Assembly (NCBI RefSeq): GCF_963921235.1
Contig: NC_086097.1
Span: forward strand, 72,418,001 to 72,482,000
DNA from: Mobula hypostoma
Taxonomy: Eukaryota
Reading direction: 5' to 3'
Length of the DNA stretch: 64,000 bases
Position 1 is the stretch's first letter. Each line of letters opens with the position of its first letter. The translations under genes and the position numbers were made by a program. Positions 52,602-63,730 of the stretch are shown here, piece after piece. The notes under the pieces are model-generated. The model was not told the DNA's origin, searched no databases, and saw nothing but the letters and a program-made list of their open reading frames with translations.

Positions 52602-53237
52602 TTGGACAAACTTGGGTTGTTCTCCCAAGAGCATCAGAGGATGAGGGGAGGCTTGCTAGATGTTTTTACAGTTATGAGAGACATAGGGAAGACATTCTGG
52701 GTCTTTGCCACAGGGTAGAGATATCAAAGACCAGATAACATGCTTTGGACATTAAGCGAAAAGTGGTAGGTGCCCGTAATGGCTTACCAGGGATAGGAGT
52801 GGATGCACATAATTTGATGGAGGCCTCCAGAAAAACACATGAAAATGCAGGATGCGCATGTTTTATGATCCACACAACACCATAGGCCAAATAACTTGTC
52901 AAATGCTGTACTGTGTTATGTTCTATAACTAAGGTCTAAATTCTTGTAAAACTATTGGTCGCTGATTGTGTCTAAACTCCACTTATTTGGTTCCTCTCAA
53001 TACAATGGAAGCAAATGTTCAGAGGTAACTACGATTGTAAAACTGCAACTATTCTTGTATGTGTGTGGTGTGAGGAACTGTAGATAATTTTCTTCTCTCT
53101 CCCTCCTTAATCCAGCCCATGAACATCTCTCTTGTGTGACAGCAACAAATGTTGTTTTCTGAAAACTGCGCTGCTGACATGTATCAAACCTAACTAGGAC
53201 AGAATGACAACGCACCAATAAGTATTGTATAAAAAAG

Positions 53238-54835
53238 GCAGGAGGTACTCAGCATGTCAGGTAACATCTATGGAAATAACAGTCGACGTTTCAGGCTGAG
53301 ACTCTTCTTCAGGACTAGTAGGAAGAGGGAAGATGCAGAATAAAAAGGTGGGGGTGGGGAAAGGAGGATAGTAAGAAGGTGATGGCTGAAGCCAGGTGTG
53401 TGGGAAAGGTTTAGAGCTGAAGAGGAAGGAATCTGATAGGAGAGGAGAGTGGAACATAGGAGAAAGGGGACCAGGGGAAGGTGATAGGCAAGTGAGAAGA
53501 GGTAAGAAGCCGGAGTGGAGAATAGACAAAGAAAGGAAGGAGGGAGAGGGAATTTTTTTTCCCGAAGGAAAAATTGATGTTCATGCCATCTGGTTGGAGG
53601 CTGGATGGTGTAAGGTGTTGCTCCTCCACCCTGAGAGTGGCCTCTTGTAGCCCAAGAAGAGGCCATGGACCAACATGCTGGAATGGGAATAAGTAGTAAA
53701 ATACTTGGCTGCCAGGTGTTTGATGAAGCAGTCCCCCAGTTTATAACAGGTCCCACCAATGTAGAGGAGGCTGCATTGGGAGCACCAGATACAAAAGGCG
53801 ACTCCAGCAGATTCACAGGTGAAGCTTTGCCTCACCTGGAAGGACAGTCTGGGGTCCTGAATGGAGGTAAGGGAGGAGTTGAATGGGCAGGTGTAGTACT
53901 TTTGCCGAATGCAGAGATAAGTGCTGGGAGGGAGATTAGTGGGATTGGGAGAATGGACAAGGGAATCAAGGAGGGAGCAATCCCTGTGGAAAGTGGAGAG
54001 TGGGGTGTGGGAGGAGGCAAAGATGTGTTTGGTGGTAGGATCCCTTTGGAGATGGCAGAAGTTGTGCAGAAAACTGTGTTGGATGCAGAGGCTCAAGGGG
54101 TGGTAGGTAAGGACAAGAGAAACTCTATCACTGTCAGGATGGTGGGAAGATGGGGTGAGCGCAGACATCTGGGAAATGGAAGAGTTGCAGTTGAGGGCAG
54201 CATCAATGATGGAGGAACGCAAATCCTGTGTTTTTTTTTTGAAGATGGATGACATATATGATGTCCTCGAAAGGAAAGCTCTTTCTGGGAACAAATATGG
54301 TGAAGATGAAGGAACTGAGAAAAAGGAATAGCATTTTTTTTTAATAGGGGATGGTGGGAAGAGGTATAGTCAAGATAGCCGTGGGAATCAGTAGGTTCAT
54401 AAAAGTTGTCAGTCAACAGTTTGTCTCCAGAGGTGGAGTCAGAGAGATTGAGAAGGGGGAGGGTGAGTTTAAGGGCAGGGTGGAAGTTGAAGGCAAAATT
54501 GATGAAATTGACAAACTTAGCATGAAGCACCTCCAATGCTGTCATCAACGTAATCGGGGAAGGCTTGGAGCATGGACCGTTCTTCGTAGCACACAAAAAA
54601 GCAGGCATTGCTGAAGTTCATGTGGGTGTCGATGGTTACCCCTTGAGCCTTGAGAACGTGGGAGGAGGCAAAGGAGAAATTGTTGAGGATGACGACCAGT
54701 TCTGCCAGGCGGAGAAGGATGGTAGTGGAGGTGAACTGGTTAGTTCTTTTATCGAGAAAGAATCAGAGAGTTTTAAAGCCTTCTTGATGGGGAGGGAGGG
54801 CTAGAAATGTATAGCTACTTGACATCCATGGCGAA
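53238..54835 (-). mobile_element. Decayed Penelope-like element (RT to tail), convergent with the 51216-52601 copy
   Basis: Minus ORFs FYEPTDSHGYLDYTSSH and QVRQSFTCESAGVAFCIWCSQCSLLYIGGT, plus IFAMDVK near 54820. Tail at 53238-53320. Confidence 0.92.
53280..53317 (-). ncRNA. Minimal type I hammerhead ribozyme motif with intact catalytic core
   Basis: Minus RNA UAGUC-CUGAAGA-AGAGUCUCAGCCU-GAAA-CGUC-GACUG. Core boxes CUGAnGA and GAAA, GUC triplet, stem I AGUC/GACU, palindromic ACGU in place of stem III. Stem II is weak. Confidence 0.7.
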
Positions 54836-55054
54836 AATGAAGTGGTCAGGGCCAGAGAATTGAAAGTTAGAGAGAAGATCAGGAAGGATTTGACAGCTGA
54901 AGGTATAGCCTTTGCAGAAGGGATGACTAAGGCCAGAAGTGGAAGAGTAAAAATTTTGGAGGTTTGTAGAGCTAAAAGAAACTAAATCTGAACTATGGAA
55001 CAATTTGCAACAAGGATGAAAAGTTTAAAATCAAAGCATTATACAAACAAAAAG

Positions 55055-55345
55055 TATGGAAGTAGGAGTTGCCCTGCTCCATCTTTTAATATGCTTATAG
55101 CTGACATTTTTTCCTTCAATTCCACTTTCCTGCACGAATTTAATGTGCCCTGATTCCCTTGATATCTGAAAATAATATATTAGTCTTGAATATACTCAGA
55201 GATCGAATTTCAGCTGTCCTTCTGGGGAGTGAATTCTTATGTGAGAAGAAATTTCTTTTCATTTCTTCTTGAAAGACCAGTCCTGTATTTTGAGAATGTG
55301 ATCTCTGGCCTTTAACATCCTAGGTAGTGGAAACTGTCAAGCTCT
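55055..55345 (-). mobile_element. Old CR1 3' end fragment
   Basis: atggaagtaggagt...ccctgctccatc...tccactttcctgcac...gtcttgaatatactca...gagaagaaatttct resembles the other CR1 3' ends. Confidence 0.65.
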
Positions 55346-55485
55346 ATATAAAAAAAATGTTATACTTGCTTAAGCAGGAGGTAGTATAGGCCAGTAAGCG
55401 CATGAATAATAGGTGAGCTTATCCAGGAAAAAAGATGGTTAGAGAGCTTTGGATCACCGACAGTTTACAGTAGAATGAGAATTTC

Positions 55486-55983
55486 CAGTACAGTGCAAAA
55501 GTCTTAGAGATATGTATATAATACAGAGTTAGGGAGCCTAAGAGTTTAGCAGGGCACTGTAGTAATTTTATGTTTTGCACTGCACTGCTGCCACAAAATA
55601 AAACAAATTTCATGATACGTGAGTGATGATAAACCAGATATGGGTCTCCATTGTGGACTGAGAGTAGAAAGGAGGCAGGGAGAGAGCAATTCGGGTTGGG
55701 AAAATGGGCAGGGAGAGGTGAGGGAGTGGGAAACACTAGAGGTACATTCTGTTATGATAAATAGACCAATTGTTTGGAATCAAATGACCTTGCCTGTTAT
55801 CTCAGGGCTGTGTGTGTCTGCACACACACCACCCCCCTCCCCTGTCATTCCTTCTCTAGTGTCTGTCCCACACTCTTCCTGCAGCACTCCACCCTCACCA
55901 TTTCCAATATCCTTTGCTCCCTCCAGATTTACAAATTTGCTCTCCGCTTCATGTTGACAAATACAGTATTGTGCAAAAGTCTT
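55486..55983. mobile_element. Composite non-autonomous repeat: Tc1-like mini inverted repeat, LINE tail and a direct terminal repeat
   Basis: cagtacagtgcaaaagtcttag (55486) pairs imperfectly with ctaagagtttagcagggcactg (to 55559). The same terminus recurs in direct orientation at 55964-55983. 55565-55640 resembles the reverse complement of the LINE tail at 59430-59500. Confidence 0.65.
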
Positions 55984-57207
55984 CTGATCAACCAATCTTC
56001 AAAGTCATCTTTTCCTTTTGTCTTGGAAATTAGGAGTTTGAACAATAGTCAGTAATTATGAAAATCTTTATACTGCTCAAATTTGGTCATTTATGTATGA
56101 AGAATAGCCTAATCTTTCAAATCTCACAGTTTGTTATCTAGCTGTAGAAGCCCAATTCTTAGCTGATGGAAAAGTCTATCTTTTTCAGATTTATAGTTCG
56201 GAGTTATATTCTGTGTTTTAGGTGACTATTAATAAACAATATTTTCAATCTAAAAGGTGATTTTTGGTTTGATAAATTTCTTTTTTTGATTTCACAAATC
56301 CCTTTCTGTCTGCTGCAAACGCGGTGATGGCAATACTGAAACTACTGGATTAACATTGTTTTAAGTACGCTTTATGACATCTGTGCCTGATGTGTAGTTC
56401 TGGGTTCTGCTCTGTGGGACACAATAGAGAAAGAGTAGTGAGCTGTCATCAGTTATGTCTTAAAATGTAAATATAGTTCAGGCCTGTTGAACCAGGCACA
56501 ACTGTGTATTATATGCATCCATTTTAAAAAAATTACTTGACCATTATTTTTTGCATGCTAGCAAAATAAACAGCATTGGCCACAGCAATAAGAGGATTTA
56601 GCATCCTTTTGGAGGATTTGTTGCGGTGTCTACTCTCTCCTAATACCTTTTCTTATTGCCATTCATGACACTCATTAAGCTGCTCCTGAAACAGCTCCCC
56701 TTTGACCCTAAGCCTTTGCATCAATTTTATTACGTGAAGCAAGGGTATCAACCTTAGGGAATACCTCCCTTTTGCTGAATCAACGCCTTGGTAACCTTGC
56801 AATTTAGTATAGCAGTAAATACCAGTTCCCATATTATACAGCGCATTCTTTCAGTGCTCAATATTGTTCAATAGTATGGGTCTGCCAACTGTAATTCTGC
56901 TTGCTCATTCTTAAGAGCCTGTCGATATTCAACCCATCTCATTATGTGGTACAGTATTTCATTGCAAAAACCTGCCTTTTTTTATTTTCCTAACTTCTAT
57001 CATCTTGAAACCACAAAACCCACTATTTTCGTTCATTCACTCACAGAGCATCTACTTAAGCCATATTTTTATTGAGAACTATAAAATAGATCTGAGCAGT
57101 GGTCTGTGATTTTTAAGATGCTGTGGCTTAAGGGTCATTTTACAATGTTTGGCAATGTGCTCAGGAAAAACAATCAAAGTAAATATAAACCAGTAGATTC
57201 ACAGACA

Positions 57208-57500
57208 ATTTTTATTTATTTTAGGGATGCAGCTTGGAACAGGTCCTTTCAGCCCTTCAAGCTGTGCCACCCAGCAACCCACCGATTTAACTCTAACCTA
57301 ATCACAGGGCAATTTAGAATGACCAATTAAACTATTAACCAGTACATTTTTGGACTGTGGGAGGAAACTGGAGCACCCGAAAGGGTGGACGCCCACACAT
57401 TCCGTGGGGAGAATGTACAAACTCCTTATAGAGGACGCCTGGATTGAACTCCGAATTCCGACATCCCATGCTGTAATAGTATCGCACTACATCACGCTCA
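57208..57500 (-). mobile_element. V-SINE (HE1-like), near full length
   Basis: Reverse complement of the 22490-22785 family: cctaatcacagggcaatttagaatgaccaattaa...tgtgggaggaaactggagcacccg...gagaatgtacaaactcctta. Confidence 0.88.
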
Positions 57501-57874
57501 TGTTAACTACTATTATTATTGTGGTTATTATATAACTACAGTTATAATTATGGTTATTATTATAACCACAGTTATGTTAACCACAATTATTTCTATTGTT
57601 TACTGAATTAACTCTTTCCATCTTGTAAGATCTTGACTCACATTCATGTTTTGAATATTAAAATGGTGATGACATTTCAAAAATGACCTCATTAAGATTT
57701 TTTTTGTTAAGGATGCAATATAAACATGAGTTTTCCTTTCTAACTGACCAATTACAGTCTGCCTAGCTGCTTCAGGAAACAATTTAATTCATTCTTACGT
57801 TTCTCTAATGAAATTGAAGCAAAAATGGGAATGTTTGAAAAATTGGAGTTCTTTTGATTAGAAAAAACTTGGAT

Positions 57875-58750
57875 TTTGATTTAGAGTTACACTGGCACAT
57901 CTGGCCCAACAAGCATGTGACCAATTAACTTACTAACCCATATGTATTTGGACTGTGGGAGGAAACCCATGTGGTCAGAGGGATTAGATTATGAGAACTT
58001 TCAGTCCTTGTTTATAGTCATTTAGAAATGCATGCGTGCATTAAGAAATGATACAATGCTCCTCCAGAGTGATATCACAGAAAGACAGGACAAACCAAAG
58101 ACTAACACTGACAGAACCACATAATTATAACATATAGTTACAGCAGTGCAAAGCAATACCATAATTTGATGAAGAGCAGACCATGAGCACGGTAAAAAAA
58201 AGTCTCAAGATTCTGAACAACTCCCGAGTCCCCGATAGCAGGTGGCAAAATGGAGAAACTCCCTGCCATAAACCTCCAGGCACCGACAACTGCTGATGCA
58301 TTGGAAGCACCCGACAACAGCCAACACTGAGTCCGTCCACCTGCAAACTTCGAGCCTCCAACCAGCTCCTCCGATACAGCCTCCCGAGCACCTTCGACCT
58401 CGCCCCAGCTGCCAAAATAAGCAAAGCCGAGGATTCGGGGCTTTCTCCTCCAGAGATTCTGGACCACACAGTAGCAGCGGCAGCGAAGTGGCATTTCAGA
58501 AATATCTGCAGGTGTTCCTCCGTACTCTCATGTCTGTCTCCATCAAATCAGGATTGTGCACGGTACCCTACTTGTCAGATTGCAGATATCATTCACCGAA
58601 GTGGCTGTGCGCGCTGCATCACGCCGCCATCTTCTCCTCCTCCTCCTCCTCCTTGAGAACATACAAGCTCCTCACAGACAATGGCAGAATTGATCCCGGG
58701 TCACTGGCACTGTAACAGCATTACACTAACCACTATGATACTGTGTCACT
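57875..58750 (-). mobile_element. V-SINE split by a ~670-bp insertion
   Basis: ggactgtgggaggaaacccatgtggtcagaggg (to ~57983) resumes as gagaacatacaagctcctcacagac...cactaaccactatg (from ~58654). Confidence 0.8.
57984..58653 (-). mobile_element. Non-autonomous LINE-derived or SINE-like element with GC-rich 5' end and (AATCT)n tail
   Basis: Minus strand starts (agg)n-agaagatggcggcgtgatgcagcgcgc and ends ...cataatctaat. CpG-rich, non-coding, cleanly nested in the V-SINE. Confidence 0.65.
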
Positions 58751-59067
58751 CTGAAAAGCAAGATTGGCAGAGCCTTTTAAAATTATGAAAGCCCATTCCA
58801 TTTTTGAGAGTTCCAAACGAAAATATGAAAGTAAGAAATTTACATCAAATATCTGGAAGGACAAATTTTATAGTGAGATATTGATTGAAGAGATCCTATC
58901 AACATTCAAAAATAGATGGATAAAGGAAGGGGAAGAGGAAGGATTAGATATGAAAGTAAGGGATTTGGGACTGAAATCTGCAATCATCAGATAGAAAAGA
59001 TGGCATCATATTGGTTGAACTGAGCAGCTTGCTTCCATGATAAATTCTCAATGCAATCTATTTTAAT

Positions 59068-60230
59068 TCTGAAAGGTGAAGCCAGGTGAGTGGAGGAAGG
59101 GAGATGAAGTAAGAAGTCGGGAGGTGATGGGTGGAAAAGGCAAGGGGCTGGAGAAGAAGGAATTTGTTAGAAGAGAGTGGACCATGAGAGAAAGGCAAGA
59201 AGCAGTGGCACCAGGGAAAGTGATAGGCAGGTGAGGAGAAGAGGTAAGAGGCCACAGTGAGGAATAGAAGAAGAAGAAGAGGGAAAATATTAACGGAAGG
59301 AGAAATCAATGTTCATGCCGTCAGGTTGGAGGCTACCTAGATGAAATATAAGATGTTGCTCCTGCACTCTTAGAGTGGCCTTGTTGTGGCAGAAGAGGAG
59401 GCCATGGGCTGTCATTTCAGAACAGAATCAGAATCGGGTTTATTATCACCAGCATGTGACATGAAATTTGTTAACTTAGCAGCAGCAGTTCAATGCAATA
59501 CATAATCTAGCGGAGAGAGGAAAATAATAATAATAATAAATAAAATAAAACATAGTAATAAATAAACAAGTAAATCCATTACATATATTGAATAGATTAT
59601 TTAAAAATGTGCAAAAATAGAAATACTGTATATTTTTTAAAAAGTGAGGTGGTGTCCAAAGCTTCGAAGTCCATTTAGGAATCGGGGAATCAGGAAACAA
59701 GAATGGGGATAAGAATTAAAATGGTAGGCCACTGGAAAATTCCACTTTTGCAGATGGAGAAGAGGTTTTTGACAAAGTGGTCTTCCAATTTACTTTGGAT
59801 TTCACCAATGGAGAGGAGACCGCATTAGAATCACGGGAAGCAGTAGACGATCCCAGTAGATTCACAGGTAAAGTGTTGCCTCACCTGGAAGGACTGCTTG
59901 GGGTCCTCAATAGAAGTGAGGTTGGAGGTGAATGGGCAGGTGTAGCATTTCTGTTGCTTGCAGGGATACGTGCCAGGAGGGAGATTAGTGGGGAGGGATG
60001 AATGGACAAGGTAATCAGAGGGAGAGTGATCCCTGCAGAAAGCAAAGAGTGGGGAGGGGGAAGTAAAGATATGTTTGATGATAAGATCCCATTAAAGATG
60101 GCAGAAGCTGAGGAGAATGATGTGTTGGATGTATACACTGATGGGGTGGTAGGTGAAGACAGAGAAGCTCTACTCCAGTTAAGATGGTGGGAAGATGGTT
60201 GAATGTGGATGTCTGGGAAGCAGTATGTTG
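59068..60230 (-). mobile_element. Decayed Penelope-like 3' half, with a Rex1/Babar-type tail inserted at ~59420-59690
   Basis: Closely parallels 53380-54180 (agattcacaggtaaagtgttgcctcacctggaaggactg). The insert begins with a (cagaat)n tail and tttattatcacc. Confidence 0.88.
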
Positions 60231-60731
60231 GTTTACTGCAGTTGCATGACAGAACAATAGACTGGAACAGCCCAAAATTCAATTGGTGGATTCATAGTGT
60301 ATAGTCAACTAACTGCAGTATGTGCATCAGCATGTTCCTGACTTCTGCAGCTGTACATTGCAATGAAGGTGTCAGAAATTAGTCAAAAGTCAGATGCCAA
60401 TCCATCCCTCCCTCTGCTTTCTGCTAGAGCTAGAGTTAGCACCGTCTCTAGGAAATGTGCCCTAGACTGAGAAGCTGGCTGCACTTTACACCTGGCCCCT
60501 CAATCTTATTCCATGAATGACTGGAATATGCACCATGATCTGTTCATTTGAATGAGATAGTTAGCCTGGATTGAAAAGGTAAAAGCATATAAGTCTTTTT
60601 ATTAAATTTTACTTAATTGCTTTTAATCTTGAGTACTCAATGGTGTTTTTCAGTAAGTTAATGATAGTGTACTTGTTTAGATATTTTGTAAATTAATATC
60701 ATGTAAATCATCTGAATAGTTGCCAATAGCT

Positions 60732-60831
60732 AACAAGAGAAAATCTGCGGATTCTGGGTTCTTGATGAAGGGTCTCGGCCCAAAAAGTCAACTGTTTACT
60801 CTCTTCCATAGATGCTGCCTGGCCTGTGCTA
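60732..60831 (+). mobile_element. Stand-alone ~100-bp Penelope-tail/hammerhead unit with a short inverted end
   Basis: Flanked by AGTTGCCAATA at 60718-60728 and 60832-60842. An inverted piece aacaagagaaaatctgcggattctgg is followed by cttgatgaagggtctcggcccaaaaagtcaac...gatgctgcctggcctg. Confidence 0.88.
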
Positions 60832-62329
60832 AGTTGCCAATAACTGACTGCTCTGACTCAAGGTTCAGCAGTGACTGCTAGATCTCCATCTAGGTTAGAC
60901 TTCCAAGAGTACCAAAATATGTTTTCGGGAATAGCAAAGTGGCGGCATGGATAATTATCAACAGTAAACCCATCCAGATGACATTTCTGATACCAATCAT
61001 CCTGTGAGTTCCCCATGAGTATGGAGATGCTTTTACAGCTGTGTCTATTTATTTTGGGAGTTCACTTCGTAAATTGCAATTCCTTGAGATCTGTACTTAC
61101 CCAGTAAAATCTATTTCACAAGTCAAATCACAACAGCTTTTGAGGAAAGAAGTTTATTTCACTTGTCCAGGCTGGGATCAAAGACGGGTTTCAATGGGAA
61201 GGAAGTAAATAAAAATAAATAGACTTGTGAGTTGCTTATGCTGAGAAGGAAATGACAAAGATCTAATTAACCATTAAATTATTATATACAAGAAAATATT
61301 GTGATTCTTTTCAAGAATCCAGACAGCTGCCGTATCTAGATGTTTATGTCTCACAGCTGCTTAAAATCAGATTTGAATGATAAACCTTTGCCCAAAGAGT
61401 TAGAGAAAACATTCCCTCAAAATTACGTGACTGTGTTAAACTTGACTGTACTTTTCTCATTGGGTCAGATTTTGCTTCATGTAGCACGTCTGCTTAATCT
61501 TTTGCTTCGCAGTTGTTATGAAAGGGGGTAATTATAGTTATGCACACAAATACCGAGTTAAAAAAATGGAGTGAAATATTTCAAATGCACACAGAAATCT
61601 TTGGTGAGCAGATTACGATGAGGGGAGTTGCAGTGCTGCTGGCACAATTAATTGCTTTTTTTTAAGAAAAGTCATTGGTATTTTAAAAGTGAACTCTTAA
61701 TATTGGCAATGAGCTATCAATGTCCATGAACTGCGGTGTAAAATCGTAAAGCAGCAAAAACTTCTGCCACATTGTTGCCAAAATGTGCTATATTACTGCA
61801 GAAATACAGGACTAATATGAAAGATTGGAAAGAGTTTTTTAAATATGCATTTTAAATAACCCATGGAGAAATCACCATTTTTAGACAAAAAAAATGTCCT
61901 TAGGGATTGTCAAGAGGAATTAGTTTTTAATAGTCATATTTAAGGATTCAAAAATGAAGTACAACAGGAAATTCCACGTGGAAATAGGGATTTTTTCCAT
62001 AAAATGTGTAATATATGGAATATATGACTGAACATTTTATGTATCATGAATGGAACAGTTTGGATGGCTGATGAGACAAAATGCCAGTTTTCTCAGACCT
62101 TTTGGTTTTCGAGCAGTTCCGTGGTAATGGCTTTTTCCCAAGGCATCATTACTGTGCATGTTGGTTACCATAGAAACTTCCTTTTGAACAGTTTGCTAGA
62201 GCTGTATTCAATTATAATTGCTTTTTCACTTGAATTGTACTACAGTTCGCTTTTTTTTCCAAATTGTATTTGGACGGACAGAAGGAGTTCTTTTTAAGAT
62301 TTTTATTAAATATTGGGAAAAGCACATCT

Positions 62330-63730
62330 GTATTTGTGTGTGTCAGAGTGAAAGCTGGATGCATTCAGGACCATCGGGGAGGCAGAAGAGCTCATAGATG
62401 AGACTTTTACTGAGGTGGTCACACCCAGAGTGCGGGCTTAGAGAGTAGATGGGTGCCCACCAGGAGAAGTAAAGGGGGTAAACAGTCAGTGCAGGGCTCC
62501 CCCGTGGCCGCCCCCCTCAGCAACAAGTATACCCCTTTGCATGCTGCTGGGTGTATGACATGTCAGGGCACAAAAGCAGTGCAGTGGCCAGCCCTGAGGC
62601 TCAGCAGGGAGGGGTAAAGTCAGGCAGAGTGATAGTGATGGTAGTCCTGATAGTTAGGGAGATGGATGGTCAGTTCTGTAGCAACCAAAGAAAAGCCAGG
62701 GTGATGTGTTGCCTCCCAGGTTCTACGGTCTAGGATGTTTCAGATCAGCTGCAGAAAATTCTCAAGAGGGAGGGTGAACAGCCAGAAGTTGTGGTGCATG
62801 TAGGTACCGATGATACACGGGTAGAAAGAGGACAGAGATCCTGCGCAGTGAGTTTAGGGAACTAGGGAAGAGGCTGAAGTGCAGGAAATCGTAATCTCTG
62901 GATTACTCCCAGTGCCATGTGCTTGTCAGGGTAGGAATAAGATGATAGTACAGATGAATGAGTGGTTGAGGAAGTGGTGCAGGGGGCAGGGTTTTAGGGT
63001 TTTGGATTTTTGGATCATTGGGATCTCTTCTGGGAAAGAATGACATACAAAAAAGGACAGGTTACACCTGAACCCGAGGGGGACCAATATCCTTGCAAGC
63101 AGGTTTGCAGCGATTTTGGGGGTGGTTTAAGCTAATTTGGCAGGGGGATGGGAACCAGAGTGATAGAGCTAAGAATGAGGCAGTTGGTATACAAGTCAAT
63201 GCAGTGTGTAGTGAGACGATGAAGAAGGTCAGGCAGATAATAGAGCATAATTGCTTTCTGTGGGATGAGTTCAGATGTAACCTGGGTGCAAAATCAAAAA
63301 AAAGTGATGAATACAGGACTGAAGATGCTATATTTGAATGCAGAAATATACAGAATAAGGTAGATGATCTTGTAGCGCAGTTAGTGATTTGGCAGGTACG
63401 ACATTGTGAGCATCATGGAGTCGTGGCTGACAGAGGGTCATAGTTGGGAGCTTAACATCCAAGGATGCACCTTGTATCAAAAGGACAGGCAGGAAGGCAG
63501 AGGTATGAGGGCGGCTTTGTTGGTAAAAAATGAAATCAAATCCTTAAAAAGAGGTGACAAAAGATCAGAAGATGTAGAAACATTGTGGTTAGAGTTAAAA
63601 AGCGCAAAGCTAAAAAGCCCTTGATGGGAGTTACATATAGGCCTCCAAAACAGTAGCCAGGATGGGGTGGGGGGTACAAATTACAATGAGAAATAGAAAA
63701 GGCATGTAATAAGAGAAATGATAGGTCAGC
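62330..63730 (+). mobile_element. CR1 5' portion: ORF1 (SGNH esterase-like) and start of ORF2 endonuclease
   Basis: RVMCCLPGSTV, EQPEVVVHVGTDD, KDRLHLNPRGTNILA, RNIQNKVDDLVAQL, ESWLTEGHSWELNIQG. Same family as 25500-26600 on the minus strand. Confidence 0.9.

Larger units (their letters stand above)
51120..52930 (+). mobile_element. CR1 3' fragment split by a Penelope insertion (51120-51215 and 52602-52930)
   Basis: EDVERVQKRFTRMLPGLESMSY before the insertion rejoins ttggacaaacttgggttgttctcc (LDKLGLFS) after it. Ends in the gtactgtgttatgttcta tail. Confidence 0.88.

Noticed and set aside
57500..57595. Quasi-palindromic ataaccacagtt/tgtggttat cluster
   Set aside because: Low-complexity AT-rich slippage product next to a SINE end, with no further structure.
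61100..61171. Minus-strand AG...GTAAGT-bounded segment
   Set aside because: Stops occur in all three frames. It could only be a non-coding exon, for which there is no evidence here.
61971..61984. Palindrome ttccacgtggaa containing an E-box
   Set aside because: A single short palindrome is not meaningful without conservation or binding data.
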